A stretch of DNA of 64,000 bases from Macrostomum hystrix (lineage: Eukaryota; Animalia; Platyhelminthes), in contig CATNEN010000038.1 of assembly GCA_950097015.1 (NCBI GenBank), positions 2,976,001 through 3,040,000 on the forward strand, given 5' to 3'. Numbering within the stretch: position 1 is the first letter of the stretch; the number at the start of each line of letters is the position of its first letter. The translations under genes were made by a program, and so were the position numbers. The notes under the pieces were generated by a model. It did not search any database. It was not told where the DNA came from and saw nothing but the letters and a program-made list of their open reading frames with translations. Shown piece after piece: positions 48,753-58,922 of the stretch.

Positions 48753-49991
48753 TCATTTACCGCGAATGGTGCTCAGGTAGTCATTCCTGATCCAGATGCC
48801 GTCCCAGTCGCGGAAGGTATTCAGGTCGAGCGGTTGGTTCAGGTTGCCCATGGAAAACAGGGTGTAGCTGCGCTTGTTGAAGAAGTCGACGATCTTGGCG
48901 AAGTTTGGCGACGCCGAGCCTAGCAGGCCGGCGTTGGAGCGCCAGAACTCCATCTGGACTGCCACGATCTTTCTCTCCTTGAACAGCCGCTCGCCAGTGG
49001 AGAAGAAGATGTGCTCGCTGGTCTCGATGTCAATCTTCATGACCACCAGGTCCGTGGTTACGCTGCTCAGAAGGTCGTCACCCTTGCCGGTCATCACGGG
49101 GATCGTGTCGGTCATGCTGTCCTTGTTGGACGTGGCACCACCGACGTTGCACCAGCCGGTGCCGAAGTTAAGGTACTGCAGGGACACGGAGCTGTGGAAG
49201 TACATCCACATCAGCTTGAGCTTGCTGTCGGAGCCCCAGTTCATGTCGTTGGCAGACATTCGGATCCTGATGAGGTTCCTGATGTTCGCGTCCACAGCCA
49301 CCGTGGGGATGTCGGCCTCCCTAGCCTGCAGGCAGTACACGCCGATGTTGCAGCCGATGTCCATGAAGGTGACAGATCCGGCGGGGAACTTCCTTGCGAT
49401 CGACAGCGTCAAGGACACCTGACCGCCTTCCCAGCTATGGGACGAGATCACGCTACCGGACACAATGTCACCCGCTGGGTAGGTGTAGATGATCACATTC
49501 CGACTGGTCACTGCGCTCCTGATGTAGGTTTTGACAGCCGTCTTGTTGAGCCTCTTCAGCAGCTGGATCGGCAGGTTTCCGCTGATCTCGCAAGGTGGAA
49601 ACTTATTTTCCACCATCGCGTAGGCGACCTGGTTCTTGCAGAGTCGCTGCGCCAGTGCCGGGTGCTGAAAGTTGATGCCCCTGAGCTCCCAGTAGCCCGG
49701 GCAGGCCCTCGCGCTTGCCGGCATCGGGTTGTTCTTGTCGGACAGCAAGGTGTCAAGTTCGTCAACCTGCTTCGCGTCAACCGGCTTATCTCGCGCCGGC
49801 ACCGCCGCATCGGCCTGCTTCACCTTTCCCTGCCTGAGCTCCGAAGGTCCAGAAGAAGTGTTCAGTCGCGTGATTCGCTGCATGATGAGCTGCATGTGCA
49901 TTGTGGCCTGGCCACTGTGCAGCAGCCAGAGCACAGCTGCAATGGCCCCCACTGACAGGACAATGAACACAGTGGCCTGCTTCGATCGCAT
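48753..49991 (-). CDS. FkbM-family methyltransferase copy 4, type II membrane protein (412 aa)
   Basis: Anchor ATVFIVLSVGAIAAVLWLL; DIGCNIG; KIDIETSE; VQMEF. Intact ATG-to-stop ORF. Confidence 0.9.
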   Translation of the reverse strand: MRSKQATVFIVLSVGAIAAVLWLLHSGQATMHMQLIMQRITRLNTSSGPSELRQGKVKQADAAVPARDKPVDAKQVDELDTLLSDKNNPMPASARACPGYWELRGINFQHPALAQRLCKNQVAYAMVENKFPPCEISGNLPIQLLKRLNKTAVKTYIRSAVTSRNVIIYTYPAGDIVSGSVISSHSWEGGQVSLTLSIARKFPAGSVTFMDIGCNIGVYCLQAREADIPTVAVDANIRNLIRIRMSANDMNWGSDSKLKLMWMYFHSSVSLQYLNFGTGWCNVGGATSNKDSMTDTIPVMTGKGDDLLSSVTTDLVVMKIDIETSEHIFFSTGERLFKERKIVAVQMEFWRSNAGLLGSASPNFAKIVDFFNKRSYTLFSMGNLNQPLDLNTFRDWDGIWIRNDYLSTIRGK

Positions 49992-51084
49992 TCTCGGCGG
50001 CTACTTGAAACTTTGAGCTACAATGCTTGCTTACCCAAGATACCTGTCCCGTTTCAGAGTTCTATTAAGAGGGCTTGGCGAATTTTCTCCACCTCAAACC
50101 AATGTCACGTCTGGCCGGCCCTGCTTGCACGCTGTGACGGCAGCGCTCATGCGGCCGTCCATAAATTAGACATAGGGGGTGGGGGGCGGGGCGGGCGGCG
50201 GAGAGAGTGGCAGCTACAAACGAATGAAACCTGACTCAGCCGCCACCCCAGTCCCGACCAATTGGTAAGCAATGAACGCAGGCCCCTTCTCCCCTAGCCA
50301 TGGGGGTCCACTCGCCAGTCCCGATCCCCCCCGGCCTGACGAATCGACCCGGGAGGGGTTTGGGGATTCCCCTCACACAACCCTGAACTGGGGAAGCTAG
50401 CCGACACTGAGGCAGCTGTGGCGTGCATTTTGCAGCGAAGCCGAATCCACCCTCTCGCACCCCCACCCCTTGTCTCGCATAGTTTGCCCAGTGGGTGATG
50501 GCTCGACTGTCCATTGGCTGACAGATGCAATGTCACACCCTACAGTCTACTTTCTCTTTTAACTCTCCCCCCCGCCCAAGCCTTGTGTACATTTCTCTGG
50601 ATGGAGTTTGATGTGTACAGTTGTACAGTTGTACATGCAGCCTCAGTACGAAGCTGTTTTCAAATTTGACACTCATCTCGGACGGAGAAAAAATGTTACA
50701 GAACTGGCAGAACTAAGCCTTCCACGTAGGACCAGTTGATGTGTGTTGGGAGCAAGAATTTTAGTCATTTTTGCCCTCTGTTGCCCCTGGAAACGGATTG
50801 GTGGGGTTGCTGTGCAGCATAGCAACTGCTGCCTGCGCATTTAAATAGGCTGTTTTGTTATAGACTCTCGTTGTAGAGTTTTGTTTTAGATTTCTCGGGG
50901 CCATTGTTTGAGCACTCTGCTTTGTTGGATAGCAGGTCCTGTGACTCACCTAATGCGCACCCGACTGCGGAAAGTACAGTTTTGAGTCGCAGCCAGTGAT
51001 TTCTAAAGCAGCAGCTTCTACTAGAAAAAATATTATATTTTCTGTCTAACAAGCAGACTGCGATAGCTGGCCTAGCAGTTAGAT

Positions 51085-51772
51085 AACCGTGTGGACACAC
51101 ACTATCTAACACGTGGACCCACCCTGTCTAACAGGTGGACCCACCCTGTCTAACACGTGGACACACACTGTCTAACACGTGGACCCACCCTGTCTAACAG
51201 GTGGACGCACCTTGTCTAACAGGTGGACCCACCCTGTCTAACAGGTGGACACACCCTGTCTAACAGGTGGACTAAACCTGTCTAACAGGTGAACCCACCC
51301 TGTCTAACACGAGGACCCACCCTGTCTAACAGTTGGACACACCCTGTCTAACAGGTGGACCCACCCTGTCTAACAGGGGGACCTACCCTGTCTAACACGT
51401 GGACCCACCCTGTCTAACAGTTGGACACACCCTGTCTAACAGGTGGACTAAACCTGTCTAACAGGGGGACCCACCCTGTCTAACAGGGGGACCTACCCTG
51501 TCTAACAGGGGGACCTACCCTGTCTAACAGGGGGACCCACCCTGTCTAACAGGGGGACACATTGTCTGGCAGGTGGACACACCCTGTCTAACAGGTGGAC
51601 ACATCCTGTCTAACAGTTGAACACACTGTCTAACAGTTGAACACACTGTCTAACAGGTGGACACAAACTGTCTAACAGGTGGACACATCCTGTCTAACAG
51701 GTGGACACATCCTGTCTAACAGGGGGACCTACCCTGTCTAACAGGGGGACACATTGTCTGGCAGGTGGACGC
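51085..51772. repeat. 22-bp minisatellite (CCCTGTCTAACAGGTGGACCCA)n
   Basis: Period 22 with variants. Confidence 0.95.
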
Positions 51773-51959
51773 CATGTCCTAGAGTAGAAGGCACCATCTA
51801 ACAGAGATAAACACAGGTCTATCTGTCGAACACACCTCTCTAATATGTGGGCAAACAATCTGTAACCTTACTGAGGACAATTCGCTCATTTTGGTTGATT
51901 CAAACTAGTGCAAATTTGGCAGCAAACTCTTCCGTTTAAGTTAGTGGCAGCCTATTTTC

Positions 51960-51961
<2 letters not shown>

Positions 51962-51993
<32 letters not shown>

Positions 51994-52053
51994 AGGCGCC
52001 GGTGGACAATGTATAGTAGGAAAACAGTTCCCTGACCAAGACACAGCCCATAG

Positions 52054-52084
<31 letters not shown>
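51962..52084. repeat. (CAG)9 and (CT)n microsatellites
   Basis: Direct reading at 51962-51988 and 52056-52084. Confidence 0.85.
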
Positions 52085-52088
<4 letters not shown>

Positions 52089-52450
52089 GCTCAAGATCAG
52101 CTCGAGGTCGCGGTCTGTCAGCTGCTGCGCGTATCTGCAGAGGGTCGCAAGTGTCTGAATGTCCAGTGAGAAGCGATCTGAGCACAGCATGGCTATTTAC
52201 TGTCTATTTTCTGCAATATCACGAGGGGAGTTGCACTTGATTAAAACGCCAAGTTAAGGCCCGACTGAGCAGTTTGAGATTGTGGGACTTCTGCCGAGTC
52301 TAATCCGGACCTTTTATATTGGGGATTAACTAAAACCCCCAGTATTTGGATTTATGGTTTTATCCCGTAAATCCCGTAGACAGGATTTATCCCGAACAGC
52401 CCTGATTTTTGTTTTTTTTCTTGCAATTATTTTGCACAGTGAATGAAAAA

Positions 52451-52625
52451 CTGGCGGATCAGGGAGTGAGCAGCCTTTAGAGGCTGGTGGATCAGGGAGT
52501 GAGCAGCCTTTAGAGGCTGGCGGATCAGGGAGTGAGCAGCCTTTAGAGGCTGGTGGATCAGGGAGTGAGCAGCCTTTAGAGGCTGGTGGATCAGGGAGTG
52601 AGCAGCCTTTAGAGGCTGGTGGATC
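52451..52625. repeat. 33-bp minisatellite (GGATCAGGGAGTGAGCAGCCTTTAGAGGCTGGT)n, ~5 copies
   Basis: Period 33. Confidence 0.95.
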
Positions 52626-52731
52626 GCTAAAACGACCAGTCCCGTCCCGGTCCAAGGGCCACGAAAGAACAATTTCACCAAATCCACTTCCTAGGACTTT
52701 ATCGGTGTAAAAAATTGTGGAAAAAGTTGGG

Positions 52732-53795
52732 CTGTGGGACAGCGGGATAATGACAATCGGACAGCGGGATAATGACAGTGGGAGAGTGGGATAGAGACAG
52801 TGGGACAGCTAGATAATGACAATGGGAAAGCTGGATAATGACAGTGGGACAGTGGGACAATGACAGTCGGACAGTGGGATAATGACAGTGGGACAGCTGG
52901 ATAATGACAGTGGGACTGTGGGATAATGACAGTGGGACAGCTGGATAATGACAGTGGGACTGTGGGACAATGACAGTCGGATAGTGGGATAATGACAGTG
53001 GGACAGCTGGATAATGACAGTGGGACTGTGGGATAATGACAGTGGGACAGCTGGATAATGACAGTGGGACTGTGGGATAATGACAGTGGACAGCTGGATA
53101 ATGACAGTGGGACTGTGGGACAATGACAGTGGGACTGTGGGATAATGACAGTGGGACTGTGGGATAATGACAGTGGGACTGTGGGATAATGACAGTGGGA
53201 CAGCTGGATAATGACAGTGGGACTGTGGGATAATGACAGTGGGACAGCTGGATAATGACAGTGGGACTGTGGGATAATGACAGTGGGACAGCTAGATAAT
53301 GACAGTGGGACTGTGGGATAATGACAGTGGGACTGTGGGATAATGACAGTGGGACTGTGGGATAATGACAATCGGACAGCTAGATAATGACAGTGGGACA
53401 GTGGGATAGAGACAGTGGGACTGTGGGATAATGACAGTGGGACTGTGGGACAATGACAGTGGGACTGTGGGATAATGACAGTGGGACTGTGGGATAATGA
53501 CAGTGGGACTGTGGGATAATGACAGTGGGACTGTGGGATAATGACAGTGGGACTGTGGGATAATGACAGTGGGACAGCTGGATAATGAAAATGGGAAAGC
53601 TGGATAATGACAGTGGGACAGTGGGATAGAGACAGTGGGACAGCTAGATAATGACAATGGGAAAGCTGGTTAATGACAGTGGGACTGTGGTATAATGACA
53701 GTGGGACGTTGTGATAATGAGAGTGGAACAGTGTGACAATAGCAGTGGGACAGCGGAATAATGACATTGGGACTGTGGGATAATGACAGTGCGAC
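52732..53795. repeat. 21/22-bp minisatellite (GGGATAATGACAGTGGGACTGT)n
   Basis: Tandem copies with ACTGTG/ACAGCT variants. Confidence 0.95.
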
Positions 53796-54759
53796 AGCGC
53801 TAGGCGCCTGACGTTTTACCTCGTTTCAGCCCTCTGCAGCGTATCAATATAATTGGCATAATGCGCACAGATGAACGAAAATTTCTCTCCAGAATTAGGT
53901 CTCGAGAGAACAAAACTATATAATTTCGAATCCAAACGAACATAGAGTTGCTACACAAGAGCTAGAGACAGAGAACGAAACACTTGCCGAAGCATAAACG
54001 GAGGACCCAGAACGCAGTCGATGCGAAAAAGAGCAAAGCAACAACGTATTTAGATGATGAATCCCCATAAAACCCCACTATCTTCCTAGATAAACAGCCA
54101 GAGACAACTGTATCCAACAATATACTCGTAAATTCAACACATCTATAACGGCCCAGATGGTGAATAAAATTATTCGTCTACTGGTTATTCAAACGAAAAC
54201 AATGCATGGGCACCAACATTCAATACATGGCGAATCAAACAGCTCAAATTATCACCGACCTGAACAAACAAGCCGAAATAACACGACAAAATAGCAATGC
54301 AATCAACAGGCTCAACACAATTTGCTGTTGCCACCACAAGTATCGTCGTCTGCATGCAATGTTTTGATCTTAGCAGTGAACCAGAACCAGTTGCTGACTG
54401 GTCTACAACTCCCAGCTAAATGCCAGATGATGTCCAATGCACTGCGAATATGCATTTATGATGTGTAAAATGGTATTTTTCGAGCCTGAAAAATTCCCAA
54501 AGCAGGTTTAGTGTTCGATGAACGAGCAAAATTAAATTACGAATACCACCTGCCAAGACTTAACACAAGCAACTACCATGCCCGGCGAAAACCCCGAGGC
54601 GCTTCACACAGCGATATCGAGGCAAACTCCACCACCAGACCCCGCAGAAATATATTGAAGAAACCACGAAAATCCACCATTGCCCATCAACCGAAGAATA
54701 ACAGAAGAAGCATCGACAGGAAAGAAGAAGGCACATTAATGGCTGGATTCGTGGCTCAG

Positions 54760-55150
54760 AGCAAGTCGGTGACATCAAGTCCAACGGTAACAACCTACTC
54801 ATTGGGGAGACGAGCCAGGGACAAGACTGTGCCTTCCGGAGTCTAACCTGGACACCGCTAACTCCACCAAGCGGTACCCGTTGCTCGTCCAAACGCACTC
54901 TCCTATGGAACTGCTGCGTGGCATCTCCTGACAAACGACTTCGGACATCGTGCCAACTAGACAGCAAGCCGACGAAAGAAAAGACGTTTCCATGGCACTG
55001 ACACTAGAACTATCATGTGTAAACTTCATTCGAGTCATTCGGTGAGACATGTGGCTGCATTACTCATTCCATGGTTTAAACCACGAATATACTTTCTATA
55101 AATACAAGCGCTAATCGACGTACAAATCGCAGACAACTCGAGCGGGCCAT
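54760..55150 (+). pseudogene. Possible decayed adenain-like (C5) cysteine protease of a Polinton
   Basis: Ordered fragments across frames: SNLDTANS; GGTACCCGTTGC (GTRC, two substitutions from GTHW); SYG; ETCG. Heavily disrupted. Confidence 0.35.
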
Positions 55151-56784
55151 TGGAAAGTGCCTGACAGCGTCCGGCGACCCGAAGTCTGTGCAGTGCGCAA
55201 TACCCAAGCAGGGCAACGAGGCGGGAGCAGTACAATGGGCCAGCATCAAAGCCACATTGCCATTTCCGACGATTCGGGCGATTCCTGGTGAAGGTCCCGT
55301 CAAAGAAGTGCCGATGTCGGAGTTCAAGGGTCTGTCCGGCATGTACCAATGCACTGTTCAGATCACTATTCTGTTCAGCTCGCGAGTTGCCAACAATCGG
55401 AGATTGTCCTACGCCATCAGATCGTTAGCGCTCAACAGACGGGACCCTGCGAGGCGGCCAACCTTCTCTATCGGCCTGCGACACCACGTCGATCCCCAGG
55501 CTGACGACGACACGACGACCATCCCGATGAACAGCCGCTCTCCTTCTCCAATACCGATGCCCAAGAAGCGACTTCAACCTGCGACGCGACAAAGCGGAAA
55601 ACTGTCCAGAAGTCTAAGGTTAACACTAAATTCAACCGACAGTTCCCCAAAAGAAGCTGATCGAGAGACCTTTACCTGCTGTCGTTCCAAAATTCAGAAG
55701 GACAGCAGTGAGAAATTTGAATTATTTAAACACTACTCGGTAGCAAAGACATCGCAACAGAGCATAGACGGACTCGATTCCACACCGACTCAAGGGACGG
55801 TTATATTACACATACTAAGAAATGCGGGTGTTGGTGATTATGCTATAAAAAACCGAGTCAGTTGGCTTTGCGAATGTTAGAATACACGTACTCACGTACA
55901 CGTACACGTTCTGAATTCTGTTATTTTCGTGCTAGCATAGAACATATATTTTTTCTATTCCATTTTAGCGTCGAGTTCTACTAATAGTCACCACCAGTCT
56001 CAGTTTTCTGGAAATTCTGGCATTTCAGTCCTGGAAACTATGAAATGCAATTTAGAATTGGTCTCAGCTCGTCCTATAGTATGCAAAAATCTCTCTGGGC
56101 CTCTATAAAATCTAAATCTATGCAAAAGGCAAACTTACTCAATATGGTGCCAGAACAAATCTTCAGATAGTGTGTACTCTAATTCATTCACCAACACCTT
56201 CCTCCGATTTAAGACGAATCTGTGAAAGTTCTTAGTTCCACGCACGTAGGAACGCTCAATGTCCCTATGATTGGTTTCTTTTACAAACTCAAAACGTGCA
56301 TTGGGACTTTCGTAGAAAGCACTTTCTCCTTGCGCTACGGCGCTGAGGAATTCCACAAAGCATAGGAATTCAATCTCTAGAAAATCCCAGTCTATATTGC
56401 AACATATTCCATTCCAAGAAAGTCGTCATAATGGGAGCTATAGGACTATATCCGATTTGATCCAGACCTATAACTACAATTACTTAACCACATTTTTTTC
56501 TTGTCGCGCCTTTTTCTTTGAGAGTGTTTTAATCGAATTCAACTATCCAAGCTTCACTTTCTCCAAGCACTACTATCCAATGCCCCCATGTTAGTGATAG
56601 CGCATACTTCCTTCCTTTCCTTTCCTTTCCTTCCATCCTTCCTTTCTTGCTAGTCCATTTAAGCGTAACATAATTCAGCTGCTTATTTATAAGACAGGTA
56701 ACAACAAGGGAGGGAAGTTGACCTTTAAAAGTATCAACATTTTACTCTTTTTTTTAAATACATTCCAGCCGCACCAGCTACTGC

Positions 56785-57086
56785 ATGACTCCGGCCGCCG
56801 ATCAAGTGCTACTGGGATCGGCTGTTGTACCAAGTTCTGCGTACTGCTCGACGGGAGTCGGTTGACAAGGTTCTAACCACATTAACGCATTTTTTGGAAG
56901 CGTTTGCTGCCTCCGGCTGGTTCGGTGCGAGTGAATCGTGGGCGACGTGTTGCGAGGAGGTCTATTATAAGCATTCCAAGTGTTGTTAGTGGACATGGTG
57001 GACGAGGTTTGGGAAGGCGTGTTAGTCGACGTAAGCGTTCGCGTGGACGGTCCTCTGCATCGAAGAAGCTCGTCAGTTTGTTTTAG
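56785..57086 (+). pseudogene. Decayed Polinton basic core-protein-like gene directly upstream of the MCP
   Basis: GDVLRG fragment and C-terminus GHGGRGLGRRVSRRKRSRGRSSASKKLVSLF*, ending 8 nt before the MCP ATG. This matches the usual position and basic composition. Confidence 0.45.
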
Positions 57087-57094
57087 AAGGAGGT

Positions 57095-58400
57095 ATGGAG
57101 CATTTCCTCGGTCCGAACATTGCTGCTTTGAAGAGTGAGCTGGCTTTGTTAGATCCTAGTCCGCTGCAGTTCTGTGTGTTGGAGAGACGGTATACTGTGG
57201 TGCAACACAAGAATGTTTTGGGTGGGGGATGCCGATCGAGTTCGAAATTATGCCTGCTGGCGATCTGTACGCTCGTACCTTGATTTGCAGGAGACTAGTT
57301 TGGGTGTGACTATTCAGGTCAAGGACACTAGTGGAGATGAGATAGACGCTTCAAAGAATTTTCTCTGTTTAAACAACTTGGGCATCGCCACGCTTTTATC
57401 GGATGTCGAGTTTCGTATCGGGGACACTGTTGTGGAAGGGGTTCGTTTTTGTATCCTTACAAGGCAATGCTAGGATACCTGGAGTATGGTGAGGTTGCAC
57501 CGCGTGCAGAACTACCTGCCTGGGGGTTTTACAAGGACACGGCTGGTGAAATGGTTTCACGGACCGGGAATTCAGGCCGTATAAAACGACAGGCCCTGAT
57601 TGCTGCCGGGCGTCGGTGTACGCTAACGGGTCCGTTGCTTTAAGATATGTTTCGTCAACCAAGATTTTTGCATTCGAACACACGTTTGCGTCTACGGCTG
57701 CATCCTGCGAAGAGTCAGTTTGTGTTGGGTGTGACCGCGATTGGGGATGGTGTTGCTTTGAACTCTTTGAACATTCACTTTCTGCCTGCAGAGTTACGTT
57801 TACGTTTCGTTCAGCCTTCTGGGAGTGTTCTCGGGGTCATGCGCACGGTCTAAAATCTAACAATGCGCTCTATCCACACCAAAGTTCGTCTTTAGGGACA
57901 TTTACTATTCATCGCGGTTGTCAAAGTCACACAGCGGAGTTTCCGAGTGGGGTACCACGTCTTCTGCAATTTTGTGTGGTTAGTAACGCCGCCTTCAATG
58001 GGAGCATAAGTCGCTATCCGTTCAACTTCGAGCAGTATTTAGAATTTTAGCAGTATTTGAGTCCACGTTAATGAGAAGCCTGTGCCTGCACAGCCGCTTC
58101 AGACCGATCTAACGAAGTCGTGCGACTCTGAGTATGTGTTCCTGCATCAGTAGCTGAGTCTCTACCTAAAGGCACAGGATTTGGATTTCTACGACATGTA
58201 TTATTACGACATCGGATACTCAATCTTCGCATTTGCTCTCGGTAGTGAGCTTGGTGTCGGTCGGGAGGTCCAGTTGTATAAGGAAGGCTCGAGTTACGGT
58301 TTCGTGCGGAGACGACGGAAGTCTACAACGTTGTGTTCGGTGGCGTCTTTGACAAGCAGCTGCAGATTACTGAACGAAGTGACGTCGTACCTGAGACGGC
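57095..58400 (+). pseudogene. Polinton/Maverick (adintovirus-like) double-jelly-roll major capsid protein, frameshifted pseudogene
   Basis: Collinear motifs across frames: LKSELALL, PIEFEI, YLDLQETSL, LNNLGIATLLSDV, YPYKAM, FYKDTAGEM, NSGRIKR, DMFRQPRFL, ALYP, VSNAAFNGSISRYPFNF, VPAQPLQ, GYSIFAFAL, VFDKQLQI. Confidence 0.85.
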
Positions 58401-58886
58401 TTGGAAATGCTTGAGCTACGCGGGGTTTCTGACCGTTTTTTGAATGGTAAAAGTATTTTGATTTGGTTTTTCTCTCTTGTTCCTATTCTGGTATTTTTGG
58501 TTATATTTCTCATCGATGAACTCACACGCGTATCTCGAGTATCACGCGTGTAATTGGCGAACATCGTGTTTGCTAAATCGTGTTTGTGGACCTCAAAATT
58601 GAACATGCAGTCGAGTTTTAGTTCAGGGTTTAACTAGTTGGGGGCGAACGTAGTATTGAGCCGCGAGGCGCGAAGCGCCGAGCACCGAGGCCTCGGTAGA
58701 GGCCGAGGGGCGAAATCGGAGTGAGCCCCACCTAAGATCCAGCGTACGTAGTGAGATAGAAAACACCTCGAAAATCACGCATTTTCAAGGCATATTGGGC
58801 GCCATTTGAGACTGCCTCAACCGTTTGCCTCGCGGGTGGTGTCGTTGGGTAGGTAACTTATAGGGTTATCCGATTTATGGCGGTTG

Positions 58887-58922
58887 GTTGCCATGGCAAC
58901 CCGTGAGGGTTGCCATGGCAAC
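58887..58922. promoter_or_regulatory. Two perfect GTTGCCATGGCAAC palindromes (RFX X-box consensus)
   Basis: Exact 14-mers at 58887-58900 and 58909-58922; functional role not shown. Confidence 0.4.

Noticed and set aside
56135-56356. Possible Polinton DNA polymerase C-terminal fragment
   Set aside because: Only a vague resemblance; no pPolB motifs (YxDTDS, KxY) found nearby.
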